A stretch of 64,000 nucleotides of DNA from Octopus vulgaris (GCA_951406725.2 OX597821.1:32798001-32862000), one strand, 5' to 3'; shown: positions 28,273-41,905, counted from the stretch's first letter. Translations and numbers: made by a program. The notes: generated from the sequence alone by a model not told the origin.

Positions 28273-28995
28273 AAGGCGGCGAGCATGCCGGGCGAAATGC
28301 TTAGCGGTATTTTGTCTGCCGCTACGTTCTGAGTTCAAATTCCGCCGAGGTCGACTTTGCCTTTCATCCTTTCGGGGTCGATAAATTAAGTACCAGTCCA
28401 CTGGGGTCGATGTAATCGACTTAATCCGTTTGTCTGTCCTTGTTTGTCCCCTCTGTGTTTAGCCCCTTGTGGGTAGTAAAGAAATATATTTTTTTACTGT
28501 GTTATATTCTGAGTTCAAATTCCGCCGAGGTCGACTTTGCCCTTCATCCTTTCGAGGTCGATTAAATAAGTACCAGTTACGCATTGGGGTCGATATAATC
28601 GACTTAATCCGTTTGTCTGTCCTTGTTTGTCCTCTCTGTGTTTAGCTCCTTGTGGGTAGTAAAGAAATAGGTACTTCATCAGCCGCTACGTTCTGAGTTC
28701 AAATTCCGCCGAGGTCCACTTTGCCTTTCATCCTTTCGGGGTCGATTAAATAAGTACCAGTTGCGCACTGGGTTGATATAATCGACTTAATTCATTTGTC
28801 CTTGTTTGTTCCCACTGTGTGTAGCCTCTTGTGGGCAGTAAAGAAATAGGTATTTCGTCTGCCGTTACGTTCTGAGTTCAAATTCCGCCGATGTCGACTT
28901 TACCGTTCATCATTTCGAGTTCGGTAAATTAAGTACCAGTGAAAAAGTGGATTCGATGTAATTGACTAGTACCCTCGGCCAACATTTCAGGCCTT
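28273..28995 (+). mobile_element. SINE family B with four tandem ~180-bp internal units
   Basis: Four repeats of ttctgagttcaaattccgccgaggtcgactttgcctttcatcctttcggggtcga..aagtaccag starting near 28328, 28507, 28691 and 28870. Confidence 0.92.
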
Positions 28996-29099
28996 GTGCT
29001 TATAGATGATTATTATTATTATGATACATATACTGGGCTTCGTATATTTTACCCCAGTGTCACTTTGATAGCATGCACTACTCTCTCATCCAATAATAA

Positions 29100-30121
29100 T
29101 ACTAATTGGGACTTTTCAGTATTTACAGACCGGGCCGTCAACGCAAATGAAGCAGATATTGTTCTGAAAGATCAAAACAATAAAGTTTGTTTATTGATTG
29201 ACATGAGCATACCCTGTGCCCATAATATCTCGGAAAAGAAATTAATAAGCAAAAAAATGAGCAACTGGAACGTCCCGGGACCAGATGGAGTTCAAGGCTA
29301 CTGAATCGAAAGATTTGGGGAATGTCATGCACGAATAGCTGCGCAACTCAACTCCTTGTTAAATGCCGACCAAGGAATACCAGAGTGGTTGACATTGGGT
29401 AGGGCAGTGCTGTGCCTGAAAAACATCAAAAAAGGCAATATGGTAGAAAATTACAGGCCGATATCCTGTTTGCCAATTATGTGGAAATTATTGATTGGAA
29501 TACTCGCAGTGTCAATGTACGAACATCTAGCAAAAAATGGAGTCCTCCTACATGAGCAGAAAGGTTGCAAGCGCAAGTGCAGAGGTACCAAGAATCAACT
29601 CCTTAATAGACAAAACTTTACTTAGAAACTGCAAGAGGACGAAAAGTAACTTAGCCATGTCATGGATCGACTATTGTAAGGCGTACAATATGATCCCACA
29701 TTCTTGGATTATGGAGTGTATTTGGTATTGCATCGAATGTTGAGCGATTACTTGGAAAAAGTATGGTGAATTATAGGACGGACCTGACAGCACACGGATG
29801 AAGTTAAGGCACAGTAGAAATTAGGAGAGGCATTTTCCAAGGGGACTGCCTGTCCCCACTGATCTTTGTACTGTGCTTGATACCACTAACACTGATTCTG
29901 AGGAAAGCAAAAGCTGGGTTTGTATTCAAAAGCCGCCAACAAAAAGTCAACCATTTGTTATTCATGGATAACCTCAAACTTTATGATAAAGATGAAGCCC
30001 AAATCAGTTCCCTCATTCATACGGTGTATACCTTCAGTGCTGATATCGGAATGGAGTTCGGACTGAGAAAAGTGTGGTGTGTTAGTTTTGAAAAGAAGCA
30101 AAATCAATGTATGGCAATAAC

Positions 30122-30185
<64 letters not shown>

Positions 30186-30530
30186 TTAATAATAAGGCGC
30201 TGATAGCTACCTAACTCAGATAGCTAAGGCGCTGATAGCTACCTAACTCAGATACCAGGAAACCCAAAAATGGCAGAAGTTCAAAAGATAGTGCTCATGG
30301 GAACTGCTCATATCCTACGCAAAATACTCTCTATGTAATCTCAAGGTTTAAAACAAACATAATTTTCGGTTTAAAAAAAAAAAAAAACCTTTTTTTTTTT
30401 AGACATTCATTAGTACAACATCCCCACCCCCCAAATATATGGCACACTAGGCATAACAACAACATGAACTTCAAACCCTGTTGTCTCTTGAGGTCTCTGG
30501 GTGAGACTTGGAGCAAAAGTCAAACATAGA
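29100..30530 (+). mobile_element. Dong/R4-like non-LTR retrotransposon fragments (RLE piece, RT, 3' end)
   Basis: NWNVPGPDGVQGY, ENYRPISCLPIMWKLL, EQKGC, WIDYCKAYNMIPHSWI, GIFQGDCLSP, NHLLFMDNLKLY, ADIVLKDQ..CLLIDMSIP and VQKIVLMGTAHILRKIL*. Bounded by (AAT)n tracts. Confidence 0.9.
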
Positions 30531-30574
30531 ATATTAATAATAATAATAATATTAATAATAATATTAATAATAAT

Positions 30575-30639
<65 letters not shown>

Positions 30640-30640
<1 letters not shown>

Positions 30641-31185
30641 CCAGGCAGTGGTTCTCATGGCTTCTGATCTTAACTGATTGGAAGTGTTATCATGTACATT
30701 GTTTTGTCTTGGTATAAAAGATGGGCTACAGCAAATATTCTGCTCAATACCACATATTTGCTTGTCAGTTGTTTGACCTTAACCAGTTGAGCATGTCCCT
30801 TAGTGGCTGACGATATGTGCATCTCTGATCACGAGCAGAAGTAGTGGGGGAGCATCATAGCCATGTGTTGAGAGGGATTATTTGGGGTTTGAATAGTTCA
30901 CCTCTGGAAACATGCGTGGTTCTTTCAACATCCTTAAACAACCCTTATTCAGGGACCGTTTGAGCGGGATGGGCTACTCAACCTGAAGAAAATTCTAACT
31001 GGGCCCCACCTGCAAGGTCATGTGCTGTTTATCTTGATATGAGATCACCATGTCGCACACATATGGTTGTGATGCATGTGCCTGGTGTACCTTTATCAGA
31101 CGGGTAGTCATGATGGGTATATTGGGCTTCGTATATTTTACCCCAGTGTGTCACTTTGATGGCATGAACTGCTCTCTCACTCAAT
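30640..31185 (+). mobile_element. ~540-bp dispersed repeat ending in (AAT)n, probably a Dong/R4 3' UTR or non-autonomous derivative
   Basis: Colinear with 52551-53100, with a short 3' piece at 29030-29095. All three copies abut AAT tracts. Confidence 0.75.
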
Positions 31186-31186
31186 G

Positions 31187-31257
<71 letters not shown>

Positions 31258-31299
31258 AAGAAGAAGAAGAAGAAGAATGAAGTGTGGTTCAAAACGAAT

Positions 31300-32153
31300 G
31301 AAACTGAAAATAGGTGGGTAAAAAAAAGAATGCCTGGTCAATTTCATAGAGATGTTGAAGATAAGACACAGAGAAATAAGATGGCTGTGGATGACTAAAA
31401 GTGATTTAAAACTGGAAACGGAGGCTCTAATCTGTGCTGCCCAAGAGCAAGCACTAAGAACAAATACATAAAATACAGAATAGACAACACAGCAGAAAGT
31501 AATAAGGGCAGAATCTGTGGACAAAACTGTGAAACCGTATGGTATATTACCAGCCAATGTACGCCACTAGCCCAGAAAGAATATAAGAGATGCCACGACA
31601 ATATAGCCAGGCTTGTCCATTGGACACTTTGTAACAAGTATGGATTTGACAGAACAAGAAATTGGTACGACCACAAACCTGAAGGCGTTGTCGAAAATAG
31701 AAATGCAAAGATCCTATGGGATTTTATGATTCAGTGCGACCATGAGATTGAGAATAGGAAGCCGGACATAGTTTTAATTGAGAAAGAAAACAAACTATGC
31801 TGGATCATAGATATAGCATGCCTAGCTGACAACAACGTATGTAATACTGAAAAAAGAAAAGTCGAGAGATGTGGCAAGTTAGCTTAGGAAGTCAAACAGT
31901 TGTGGCCGATGAAAAAGGTAGCAGTAGTACCAATAATTGCCAGAGCCCTGGGAACAGTGAGCAAAAATCTCGAGAAGTAGGTGGAACAAATAGGGACTGC
32001 AATAAGGGTGGAGCACTTGCAGAAAACAGCACTGCTTGGAGCCGCTCGAATACTCCGGAAGGTGCTCGAAAAATAAGAAGTGTTACCTTAGTTCACTGGT
32101 AATGAACAGCTGATATTGTAGTATATCTCCAGCATTAGAAGCTGTGCAAAGGC
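31300..32153 (+). mobile_element. Dong/R4-like C-terminal region (CCHC knuckle and restriction-like endonuclease) with 3' end
   Basis: LKLETEALICAAQEQAL, RICGQNCETVWYITSQC.PLAQKEY.RCHD, RKPDIV..CWIIDIA and LQKTALLG, followed by (AAT)n. Confidence 0.9.
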
Positions 32154-32389
<236 letters not shown>

Positions 32390-32394
32390 TGTTG

Positions 32395-32580
32395 GCACAC
32401 AAAGCCAGCAAGTTCGGGGGAAGGAGTAAATCGATTGCATTGACGCCAGTGCTCGACATGTACTTATTTTAACGACCTCGGAAAGGTTAAAGTGAAAGTC
32501 AAGCTCGACAGAATTTGAACTCAGAGCGTAAAGGCGGGTGAAATGCCGCTAAGTATTTTCCTGGTGTACTGATAATTCTG
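32395..32580 (-). mobile_element. SINE family B, degenerate
   Basis: gtacttatttt..gaatttgaactcagag..gaaatgccgctaag. Confidence 0.65.
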
Positions 32581-32639
32581 TACAGCGAGATGGACCTTGT
32601 TGTTACTCCTCAAGTTTTGTTGTATGTGCTAAAAGATGG

Positions 32640-33810
32640 TCACAGAATAACTACAGAATCATCACAGAATGCTATTACAGAAATGAATTTTCAAAATAGA
32701 ATACAGAAATATGAGCTTTCAGTTGGAAAACAAAGTCTTCTGAATTAAAAAATAAATAAATAGATAGAAAAAATGAAAGCAATATTTATCTCAGTCAGAA
32801 AAGGAGTAAATTGTCAAAACAATGGAAAATGAAGAATATGTTTACATCGAAGGAGGAAATTAAACAAAAAATTAAAAGACCGTTTAATGATCAAGAGAAA
32901 AATATTCATAGTGAGAATGAGAGTGAGAGAAAAGATTTTAAAGAAGGGGAGAAAAGCTTATTTCAATTTTGATTGAGACATGAAGTGAAGTTAGAAGGAG
33001 ATTACCAGCTTTGAAGGGAAATGAAAGTGAAAAGCTACGACAACCAGTTAAATACACTGGATAAACTATAAGTGAAAAATCAATGTTGAGAAAATAACAG
33101 GTGTAAATGACTTTATATAGAGTGCAACCTCAATTACAGGAGAAGTTTTTGGAGATGTAAGTAGAGTAGAAAAGGAATCAAAGAATCAGTGAGGGAAAAG
33201 AGACTTGAGAATCAAGTCAAGCAGCTCAAAAACGATCTTAGAAATAGAAACACATTGACTGAAAACAAGTTGCTGAACGAAAGATATAGTAACGTCGAAT
33301 ATCAGAGAAAGTATAACATCAAACACTGAGGATTAGAAGCTGTTGAGAAAAAAATATAAGACACTAAGTTAAAGCAAATACAGGTAAAATACTAGATATA
33401 AACAAAAAAATAATAATAAATCGGTATCAGCAGAACAGACTGTTTACAAACAAATAAAGGAAATTTTGCCAACAGCTGATCAATGAGAATGAACATCAGG
33501 AGAATGAAATATGATATGCTGAAGTAGCAAAGAACTTTTGATCAGATATTTAGTGAAAGGAGATCCAACAGAATAGGGAACGGACTGGTTACTTTAGATT
33601 AAGGTGTAATGGGGAAATAGATCAAGAGAAGAGATTATAACACAGGAGAAAGTAAAGATTGTTCAAAAGATTTCAACTTGGAAGCTCCTGAGCCCGACAT
33701 TACTCACAGATTCTGGTCTTAAACTTTCACTGGCATGCAGTTATATATATATATAAAAAAAAACTTTCTTATTGACTGTATAAGAAAGTACCGATCTGGA
33801 TGACAAAAAC
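32640..33810 (+). mobile_element. Degenerate Dong/R4-like N-terminal to pre-RT region
   Basis: Purine-rich decayed frame with YQQNRLF.NK, WK.P.PD..H.FW.K and W..KT motifs, with many stops. Confidence 0.6.
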
Positions 33811-34043
33811 AAGGAGAATATCAATAACGCACCACAGAATTGGACGTTAGATTGTCTGATGGCAATCGTGATCGATATAGTTACCGGTTCTTTTCAGAAA
33901 ATGTGATCAGATCGATGGAAGAACTAAAGTCCTACTTCCCACAATCTAGAAGGGTTGTTTACTTACCCTCTAGATCGTTGAGGGGCTCTAGAAGGAAAAT
34001 ATAAAAAAATTTCCTTCTCGGAAGGATATTTATTGAAGGAAAA

Positions 34044-34045
<2 letters not shown>

Positions 34046-34134
<89 letters not shown>

Positions 34135-34219
34135 GGTGGTGGTGGTGGTGGTGGTGGTGGTGGTGGTGGTGGTGGTGGTGGTGGTGATGGTGGTGGTGGT
34201 GGTGGTGGTGGTGGTGGTG

Positions 34220-34260
<41 letters not shown>
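34046..34260. repeat. (AGT)n(GGT)n microsatellite
   Basis: Directly visible. Confidence 0.95.
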
Positions 34261-34689
34261 CAACTAGTTACCGATTCACTAATGAAGTGAAGAATTCTTT
34301 GATTATATACATTGTTCAATCAAAGTCCTCTCATAATCAATTCAGTCTGCTTTGACTCGGGAGTATGAAGCAGAACAATTCAAGAACTAGCACTTTAATA
34401 GTGCAGCTGAACTAGAAGAACATTTCCTTGAGAAACCATCTCACAGAAAACAAGCTAAAGCACAATTGGGAAAAGTTGAAAGCAACGTCTCGTCATGACG
34501 ATTCAACGAGGGAAGGATTGTTTTTGTTTGTCTTTTACAAATTGTCTGACACAGTTACTGAGTCAAGAGAAGGAGCGCAGTTCCAATGATTGTTTCCAAG
34601 CCTTCTGAGACTGGGGGAGGAAGAGATAAAAGGCCAAAGAGACAGAGGTATCCGGAGACTAAACCCTACACCAAAGAATGAATTCGCGC

Positions 34690-34822
34690 AAGGCACTGAA
34701 ACACCAGATGCTGGTGTTAAAAAAGGCAATGTATGAAGTATATCGATCAAAATCACGAAGCGTGCCAACGATGGGCTTCCTCGCAGTTCTCTCAAGCCAA
34801 GTTTCATTCACAAGCCATTGAG
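34690..34822 (+). pseudogene. Kringle-like pseudo-exon
   Basis: DAGVKKGNV (frameshift) YIDQNHEACQRWASSQF. CQRWAS at 34763-34780 matches the kringle G..Y.G.......CQ.W motif. Confidence 0.4.
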
Positions 34823-35186
34823 TAATTCGGAGCTATGCTGGAGGTTATTTCACTGAGCTGCTTCCCAGTGGACTGAATCTTGCATCCTAGTAATTGCGTA
34901 AAGTTTTCTTAACCACACCGTTATGCCTGGCTCATTTGAATAATTGTATAGCTGCAGGTTTAAAGGAACTGCAGTGAGTTTATAGCTTCTAGCATTTGAG
35001 GTGAGAATGTACATGCAGTAAACTAACAGCTGTCAGATATTTATTTCTATGATTTCTGACATGTTAACTCATTCCAGCCAATAAGATATTCTTTGTGTGT
35101 TATCTTACTCGACCTACTTGATATAACTTTGATATCACTCTCAAATCACGTTTTGATGTCATACTGGTGGAAGTCATATCGGATAT

Positions 35187-35480
35187 GGAGGCACATGGCC
35201 TAGTGGTTAGAGCAGTGGACTCGCGGTCGAGGGATCGGGGGTTCGAATCTCAGACCGTGCGATGCGTGTGTTTATGAGCGAAAACACCTAAGCTCCACGC
35301 GGCTCCGGCAGAAGGTAATGGCGAACTTCTACTGACTCTTTCGCCACAACTTTCTCTCACTCATCTTGCAACTCACCTGCGACGGACCGGCATCCCGTCC
35401 AGGTGGGGAACCTATACGCCAAGAAACCGGGAAACCGGCCCTTATGAGCCAGGCATAGCTCGAGAAGGAACAAACAACAA
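35187..35480 (+). mobile_element. tRNA-derived SINE family C, tail type 1, with target-site duplication
   Basis: A box tggcctagtgg, B box ggttcgaatct and (AAC) tail. The flanking direct repeat catatcggat is at 35175-35184 and 35483-35492. Confidence 0.88.
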
Positions 35481-37307
35481 GCCATATCGGATGCTTAAGA
35501 TCAAGATACACCATCATGGAAAAGAAACAAACAGAATCGTCACAACTGGAATGTCTTTTGACAAAAGGTTTGCTAGCATTTTGAGACTAAACAACAAAAC
35601 ATCAACATTAATATCTGCAAATAAAATATGGATGACGCCATCGCTATCAACAACATACGAGGAAGTCTCTACATGCTAAAAATAACAGCCAAGTCTTCAT
35701 CAAATCCTATTTTACAATAATTCTAAAAAGGATATTTTGTATAGTGCAATCTCATAACAGAATGGTTAAGGCTGGAGAGGTTTTGCTGTTTGTGCTTGAT
35801 AATCCAAGGTCTTAGTTAGGGATGTACATGACCATGAAGAGACAGGGTATTGTTTAGAGAACGTCCAACAGTCTCAGTTACATATGTGGAGACAATTAAT
35901 TCTACGATTTTGCTAAATTCGTTTATACTTGGGTGGTGCTTTCGTAAGTAATCACCCGCGTTAAATTAGATTACTCTGACCAGAACTAGATTGCTTTGAA
36001 GGGAACTTGGTTACTCTGGCCTGATATTACATGTATTACACTAAAAATGGAAAGTACTGAATGTAACAAGGATGGCGCTGAAAAAGTGCTAGTTAAAGAA
36101 AAGGCAAGGTAACTGTAAATGTTTAAGAAGCACTAATGTAGGACATAATTCTCAACACGCATAGAACAATACCATCTAACCGATTAGTCATTAAATATAT
36201 TCTATATATTTCTATATTCATGTGATTTTATATTTCTGAATTTAATAAATTTTCTATATTTAATTAGTTTTAAATTACACATTCTGTATTTAATTAATTC
36301 TAATTAATATTAATTCCGGTCCGTTTCTCTTACTTACCAGATTTATTTACGTAGCTAATTTATTCATCTCAACGGAAATAATTTTAGGTGATCAAAAATT
36401 TATTAGCTCACTAATAAAACTATTTTAGCACTCGTGTTTCTGATGATGGTGAGCAACATTGTATGAAATACAGTTGTTTATTCTGTATATTCCATAAATG
36501 AGAATACAACCTAGTTTTCAACTCGTTCTAAAGTGGTATCATCGGTTGATTTATCTCGAAATGTCGTGATGCACTATTATGAAATTTATGTATCCGTGTC
36601 TGTGTTTTGCTAGTAGATTGTAAGAGAGGCGACAACAGACGGCAACGATAAAGTGGGTGAGAGAGAAAAAAAGTTTGGGAGCAAAAATGGTAGGGAGAGA
36701 AAATGAAGAGAAGGGGAAACAAAGAATGAAGTTATAGGCTATACAGAGAGAGAGAGAGAGAGAGTAAAAGAATAAGGGAGACACGAAGAGGAAGAAAGAG
36801 AGTGTATTGAATATTATAGCTTGTATGTTGGGCAAAGCAGGTGGAATTTGATCCAAACCATTTGTCAAGGTTCAGCAAGATACGGTATTCTTTCGTATAT
36901 GAAAATATGTTCTATTTGTAAAATTGATAACGGGCCTAAGGTGTGATGTTGAAAAGACAATAGCAACCATGACGACGACAACGATGATGATGATGATTAG
37001 GAGGAGGAGGACGACGACGACGACGATGACGACTACAATGACAACGATGATCATGAAGAAGAAGAGGAAGGAAGAAAGTTTAAGGATGATGATGATATGA
37101 CGACGAGGACAACGATGTTCATGATGAAGGTGATAGCGATGGTGATGTTGACGATGACTACGATGATAAGGGTGAAAATAAGAATGATGCTATTATGGAT
37201 AACGTCAGCTTGTTCTTAGTTTATTGACACCGAAAGGCATAATCGAACTCGGCGGAATTTGAACTCAGAACATAACGACGGGCGAAATGCCGTAAGCATT
37301 TTGTCAG

Positions 37308-37470
37308 ACGAAGACAGGTGGTGTTCAAAACAAACAGATGTATTAGTATAACGCTCAGGAATATAAAAAGTCTTTTACGTTTCGAGTCTACGCTCTTCTA
37401 CAGAAAGAGACACAGAAAAAACAAGGAGAGAAAAAATGTGTGTAGTGGCTAACGATCTATCATGGCGACT
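37308..37470 (-). mobile_element. Penelope-like terminal fragment with a hammerhead-like motif
   Basis: Reverse complement matches 45020-45180. Minus strand cttt CTGTAGA a gag-cgtaga-ctc GAAAcGTA aaag. Confidence 0.65.
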
Positions 37471-37505
37471 ATATATATATGTATATCTATGTATATGTAT
37501 GTATG

Positions 37506-37588
<83 letters not shown>

Positions 37589-37709
37589 GCGTGCGTGCGT
37601 GCGTGTGTGTGGTGTGTGGCTTGTAAAGTGAAAGAAAATTTTGCTTGAAAACAATTTGGAACTTCATATAGAGTTGACGATCTGAATATATTAACTTTGC
37701 CTCGTACAG

Positions 37710-37919
37710 GATTGAAAACACAGAATCATCAACGTCAATCAAGTGTATACAGCAAGACATTTAGACTGTCAATCAACTGGTTCTCTGAGCAGAGTATAAT
37801 ACCATTGTAAAATGAACATATATCCTAGTTTTCTCCTCACTGGAAATTTGTACTATCGGGAGTGTTTTGTTGGAATAATATCAAATGTATGCATCCATGT
37901 AACATTTCGTTACTGTCAT
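37710..37919 (+). pseudogene. FTP N-half-like pseudo-exon, partly duplicated at ~36490-36619
   Basis: cag|[17 protein letters not shown]...GIISNVCIHVTFRYCH|gtaaga resembles FTP QSS.Y and I..V.I. Frameshifted. Confidence 0.3.
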
Positions 37920-38279
37920 GTAAGAGAATCCTATATAGATTAGCAACAAAGAAAAAATGAAAGAGAGGGAGTGAGAGAGATATATATAGAGAGAGAGGCA
38001 GTGTCGGGATATAGGAAACTGGAAGTAGAGAGATATACAATGTTACAAATTATATTTTGTATTTTGAACAAAGCAGGTGGAACTTGATCTGAAACATTTG
38101 TCAAAGATCAGAAAAAATATGGTTTTCCTGTTTTATATGTCTGAGAATATTGTTTTGCATTTATAAAGTAGATGTTGGATAAGATAACAATGAAGAATAT
38201 GGACAGTCAATGGTGATACGACAAAATGCTGCTGTTGCTTTTGTTAATGATGACGATGATGAGGAGGAGGAGGCTTTTA

Positions 38280-39180
38280 TCACAGCCTCTTGTTCGTATT
38301 CGTACCACTTTTCTGTTATTTTGAAGCCAGATACTCGGTTAACATCCCTATGCGCTCTTTTTCTTACATACTCATGCCTACATTTCGTACGAATATACTG
38401 CACTCACTCAAAAGGCGACTGATACTTTCTTACCTTTCCTGTGGATTCTTCATTTGCTGCATGACTGAGCTTTGTCGATCTTTGGCTTTATCATATTTGT
38501 TCTAATGGCTTGTTCCTGAGAGACTACAATTAGCGTTACGGATACTCGTTTCAAGTTCCCTCCGTTCTTTACTTCCAACATTCTCAGCTTGTTGCATGAA
38601 TTGGCCATGTAGTTCCATTTCTTTCCATTTGTTTATTCTGTTGTTCTTCCTTTTCTCTTTCAATTCTCCTACTGTTTCAGTCATTTTTGGAGTATCACTG
38701 GCTACCGGTAATATTGTTTCTTTACTTTGCACAACATAATTTTTCAGACCTAGTTTCACAACACTGACACTGTCGTCTGCGTTTAATAATCCTCTACCAC
38801 CTTCTTTTTTTGATAGGTTGAGTTGGTCACCATTACTTTTAGAGTGGGGTGTGTTGTGCATAGAAAGCAGCTTTCGATTTCTTCTATCCAGGTTCTGTAG
38901 CTCGCCCTTTGACCATTCCAGAAAGGGGACTGAGTTTATGAATACCGGCGTAGTCCATGCATTTATGACTTTAATTATGTTCCCTCCATTTTATTTTGTT
39001 TCGGGAACCTTCCTAATTCTCCTCTTGTACTCTTTAGTGGTTTCATTTCTCATTTCTCCTTCCATTATCCTATCTTCCCTCGTTACATTATTCTACGGCG
39101 ACCTAATGAAATTGTCGTGTGGTAATCTTATGCCATCGGAGTTTACCTTCTGGCCTATCATCTTTTTTTTTATTTGTACT
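38280..39180 (-). mobile_element. Degenerate Dong/R4-like RT and C-terminal fragment
   Basis: HSKSNGDQLNLSKKEGGRGL, KWKEMELHGQF, CRHEYVRKRAH and EKWYEY. Confidence 0.8.
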
Positions 39181-39643
39181 TTGTCATGCAGTCTAAATGA
39201 AAAATATACCGGAGCATTTAGTCTTCTCACAAGTCGAAACAAAAACATTAAACAGGTAATACTTACCTTGAAATATACGCAGTACCTAGCAACGCTGATT
39301 TTTATATGACGTCAATCTTGCATAGTATTCTTCTCCGCTTTCAGAAGTATTGAAGTTTCACACTAATTTAGTTAGTGATGATGCGTTATAATGATAATGC
39401 AGTTTAGTAAGGATCTAGAATAGTAATGGCGCATGATATTAATTTGTAGAGTATGTGATATGTTAGAATACAGTGACGTTGTAGAATCATTGAGAGTTTA
39501 AAAAATCAGATATGTCCGATAATTTGTGGGCTGAAGGGAAGTTACAAACCCTTGAGGAAAATAAAACGACTGAAAGAATCAGTGCATATAATAAGTATTT
39601 CTAAACTAGTTTATGGTTCTAGCATAGAGACAAGCGTTATATA

Positions 39644-39920
39644 CGAGGGGCGTTCAATAAGTAATGCCCCTGACCCACTTCCCATAGCAGTAGAGCAACA
39701 AAACTTGGCACAGTTATTAGTCTTTTTCTACATAGGAACTACCCAGAGTTATGCATTTCTCACATCGTTTGATGCAGCTCTGGAGAGCGTTTTTGTAGAA
39801 GACCCCAGCTTGGTCCTCCAACCACGACGTGACTTCAGAAATTAAGGCTGCATCATCTTGGAAACGCTTTCCTTTCAAAAACAACTTCATGACTGGGAAG
39901 AGGTGAAAATCAGAGGGAGC
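39644..39920 (-). mobile_element. Mariner 3'-end fragment (same family as 58670-59628)
   Basis: TA followed by the TIR cgaggggcgttcaataagtaatgcccctgacccac; nearly identical to 58670-58945. Confidence 0.92.
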
Positions 39921-39998
39921 CTTTAAGAGAGAAAGAACTTTAATCCCAAAATCACGATAAAGTTCAGTTTAACGCTCCCAATTTCAATTATGTCATAG

Positions 39999-40459
39999 TC
40001 CTACGACCCAATGGCAGAAGGAATGTTAGCGTTAAATTTAGCTACTGGTGATGAATTCGATCCTGGTTCAATCAAATAAATGACAACACACAGAGGAGAA
40101 TATCCTTGGTTTGAGCGGTGGAATGGGGACAATCTGTGCCTGTGGATTTCATAAAACTTTCGGTTGAAAATACAACATACTTTACCAACTCCAATCGCCA
40201 CCTAAAGAAGACACAAGTGTACAATGGATGGTGCTGCGTGACTATAATAAGTAATCTGAGGGCGCCTGTACGAATATAAAAATGGTAATATTTAACTCCA
40301 CTCAAGCGTGAATGTTCTATTAGAATAAACTTTACGGCGATAGTTGTCATAAGAGAAACTCTCACATTGAAATGCACTCTTATTTATATCGCCAGCGGGA
40401 AGATATGGCGTCTACCGCAGTCAAGTTTGTTCCAATAAAACGCCCACCATTAAATGGGG
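39999..40459 (+). pseudogene. F-type lectin (FTP) plus EGF-like pseudo-exon
   Basis: LATGDEFDPGSIK*MTTHRGEYPWF (frameshift) AVEWGQSVPVDFIKLS fits C..T..E..PW..VDLG....V..I.I. Later PAGRYGVYRSQVCSNK (40392-40439) fits CP.G.YG..C...CS, with CGC probably from TGC. Confidence 0.55.
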
Positions 40460-40554
40460 GTAAATATCACCTTGGTATTAATACTGTCTCTGTCACTAAT
40501 ATGTATTCTAGAATATAACAAAGTATATTAATTCTGTCTTTCTGTCATAAGTAC

Positions 40555-40745
40555 TGAAATTATAGGGAAGGCGTCTCATCGATTACATCGACCCAAGTGC
40601 TCAACTGGTACTTATTTTATTAATCCCAAAAGGATAAAAGGCAAAGTCGACTGCATCGGAATTTGAATTTTGATCATAAAGACGAACGAAATGCCGCCAA
40701 GAATTTTATCCGGCTTGCAAACGTTTCTGCCAGCTTGCTGCCTTA
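40555..40745 (-). mobile_element. SINE family B
   Basis: actggtacttatttt..aaaggcaaagtcgac..gtttctgccagcttgctgcctt. Confidence 0.8.
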
Positions 40746-41274
40746 TATCAGAGTATAATAATATCGTTTGCACATCATAAAAATCGACATCTAATAGAGA
40801 TTTAACAGAATAATGATGGATTATATCACCATCATAGTGTATTATAGTAATTGTGCAGTATAGTTTTGATGTAGTTTTAGAGAAAGCAATGGTTGGAGTT
40901 ACAATAAACATGTAAATAAGATATCGTTCTTGTTGCTGCTCTTCAAGCACTTCTTATAAAAACATGGTTCCAAATTGGCAGAACTGTTAAGGAGTTGAAT
41001 AGCTTGGTTTCCGCTAAATGTCTCGGATCACTATACCCTATGTTCGAATCCTAGAAATGTTAAGTTTTGCTTTTCTATTTTTTGGAATCGATAAATAAAG
41101 TCTCAGCAAGGTACTGTGATCGATTCTGGGTTGTTTTTTTCATTTTGTCTTCCTCTCTTCTACAAGAAATCAACTGTTTTCACACCTCGAGAAAATGCTC
41201 CACAAACAGCATATTTCATGCGAGCACCTCTGCGATGCTATCATAGAGGTCGAGTGTACAAGGCAGTTGAATAG

Positions 41275-41349
41275 GATGATGACAATGAGGACGACAAAGA
41301 CGACGATAACGGTATCGATGATGATGACGAAGTCGATGACGATGATGAA

Positions 41350-41390
<41 letters not shown>

Positions 41391-41394
41391 CGAC

Positions 41395-41459
<65 letters not shown>

Positions 41460-41637
41460 CGATGATGATGGTGGTGGTGATGATGATGATGATGACGACG
41501 ACGATGATGAGGAGGAGGAAGAAGATGATGATGATGATGATGACGACGACGACGATGACGATGATGATGATGATGATGATGACGATGATGATGACGACGA
41601 TGATGATGATAATGATGATGATGATGATGATGATGAC
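41275..41637. repeat. (GAT/GAC)n microsatellite
   Basis: Directly visible. Confidence 0.95.
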
Positions 41638-41905
41638 GGGGACATGTACGAGTATGAGAAGTTGAGGTATGTCAATTTTTATCTTTCTGTCTTGGCGAAC
41701 ATTTTGGGTGATGCTTTGCGCGTGCATTTGTGCGAGTGTATGTGTATATGTGTCTATTTACGCGCGTGTGTTTGTGTGTGTGTGTGTATTTGTGTGTGCC
41801 TTCTGTCTGTGTATATGCGCGAGCGTGTGTGTGTACGTGTGTGTGTGTCTGCGCGTGCGTATGTTTCTTTTACGCAAGAACGCAAGAATCTCTTTTATAC
41901 CTCAG

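Noticed and set aside
28273-28995. Regular repeats that might suggest a CRISPR array
   Set aside because: The units are ~180-bp SINE segments without unique spacers, in eukaryotic DNA with no cas genes.
36439-36475. CTGATGA...GAAA hammerhead-like words (also near 14025-14050 on the minus strand)
   Set aside because: No convincing stem II or stem I pairing.
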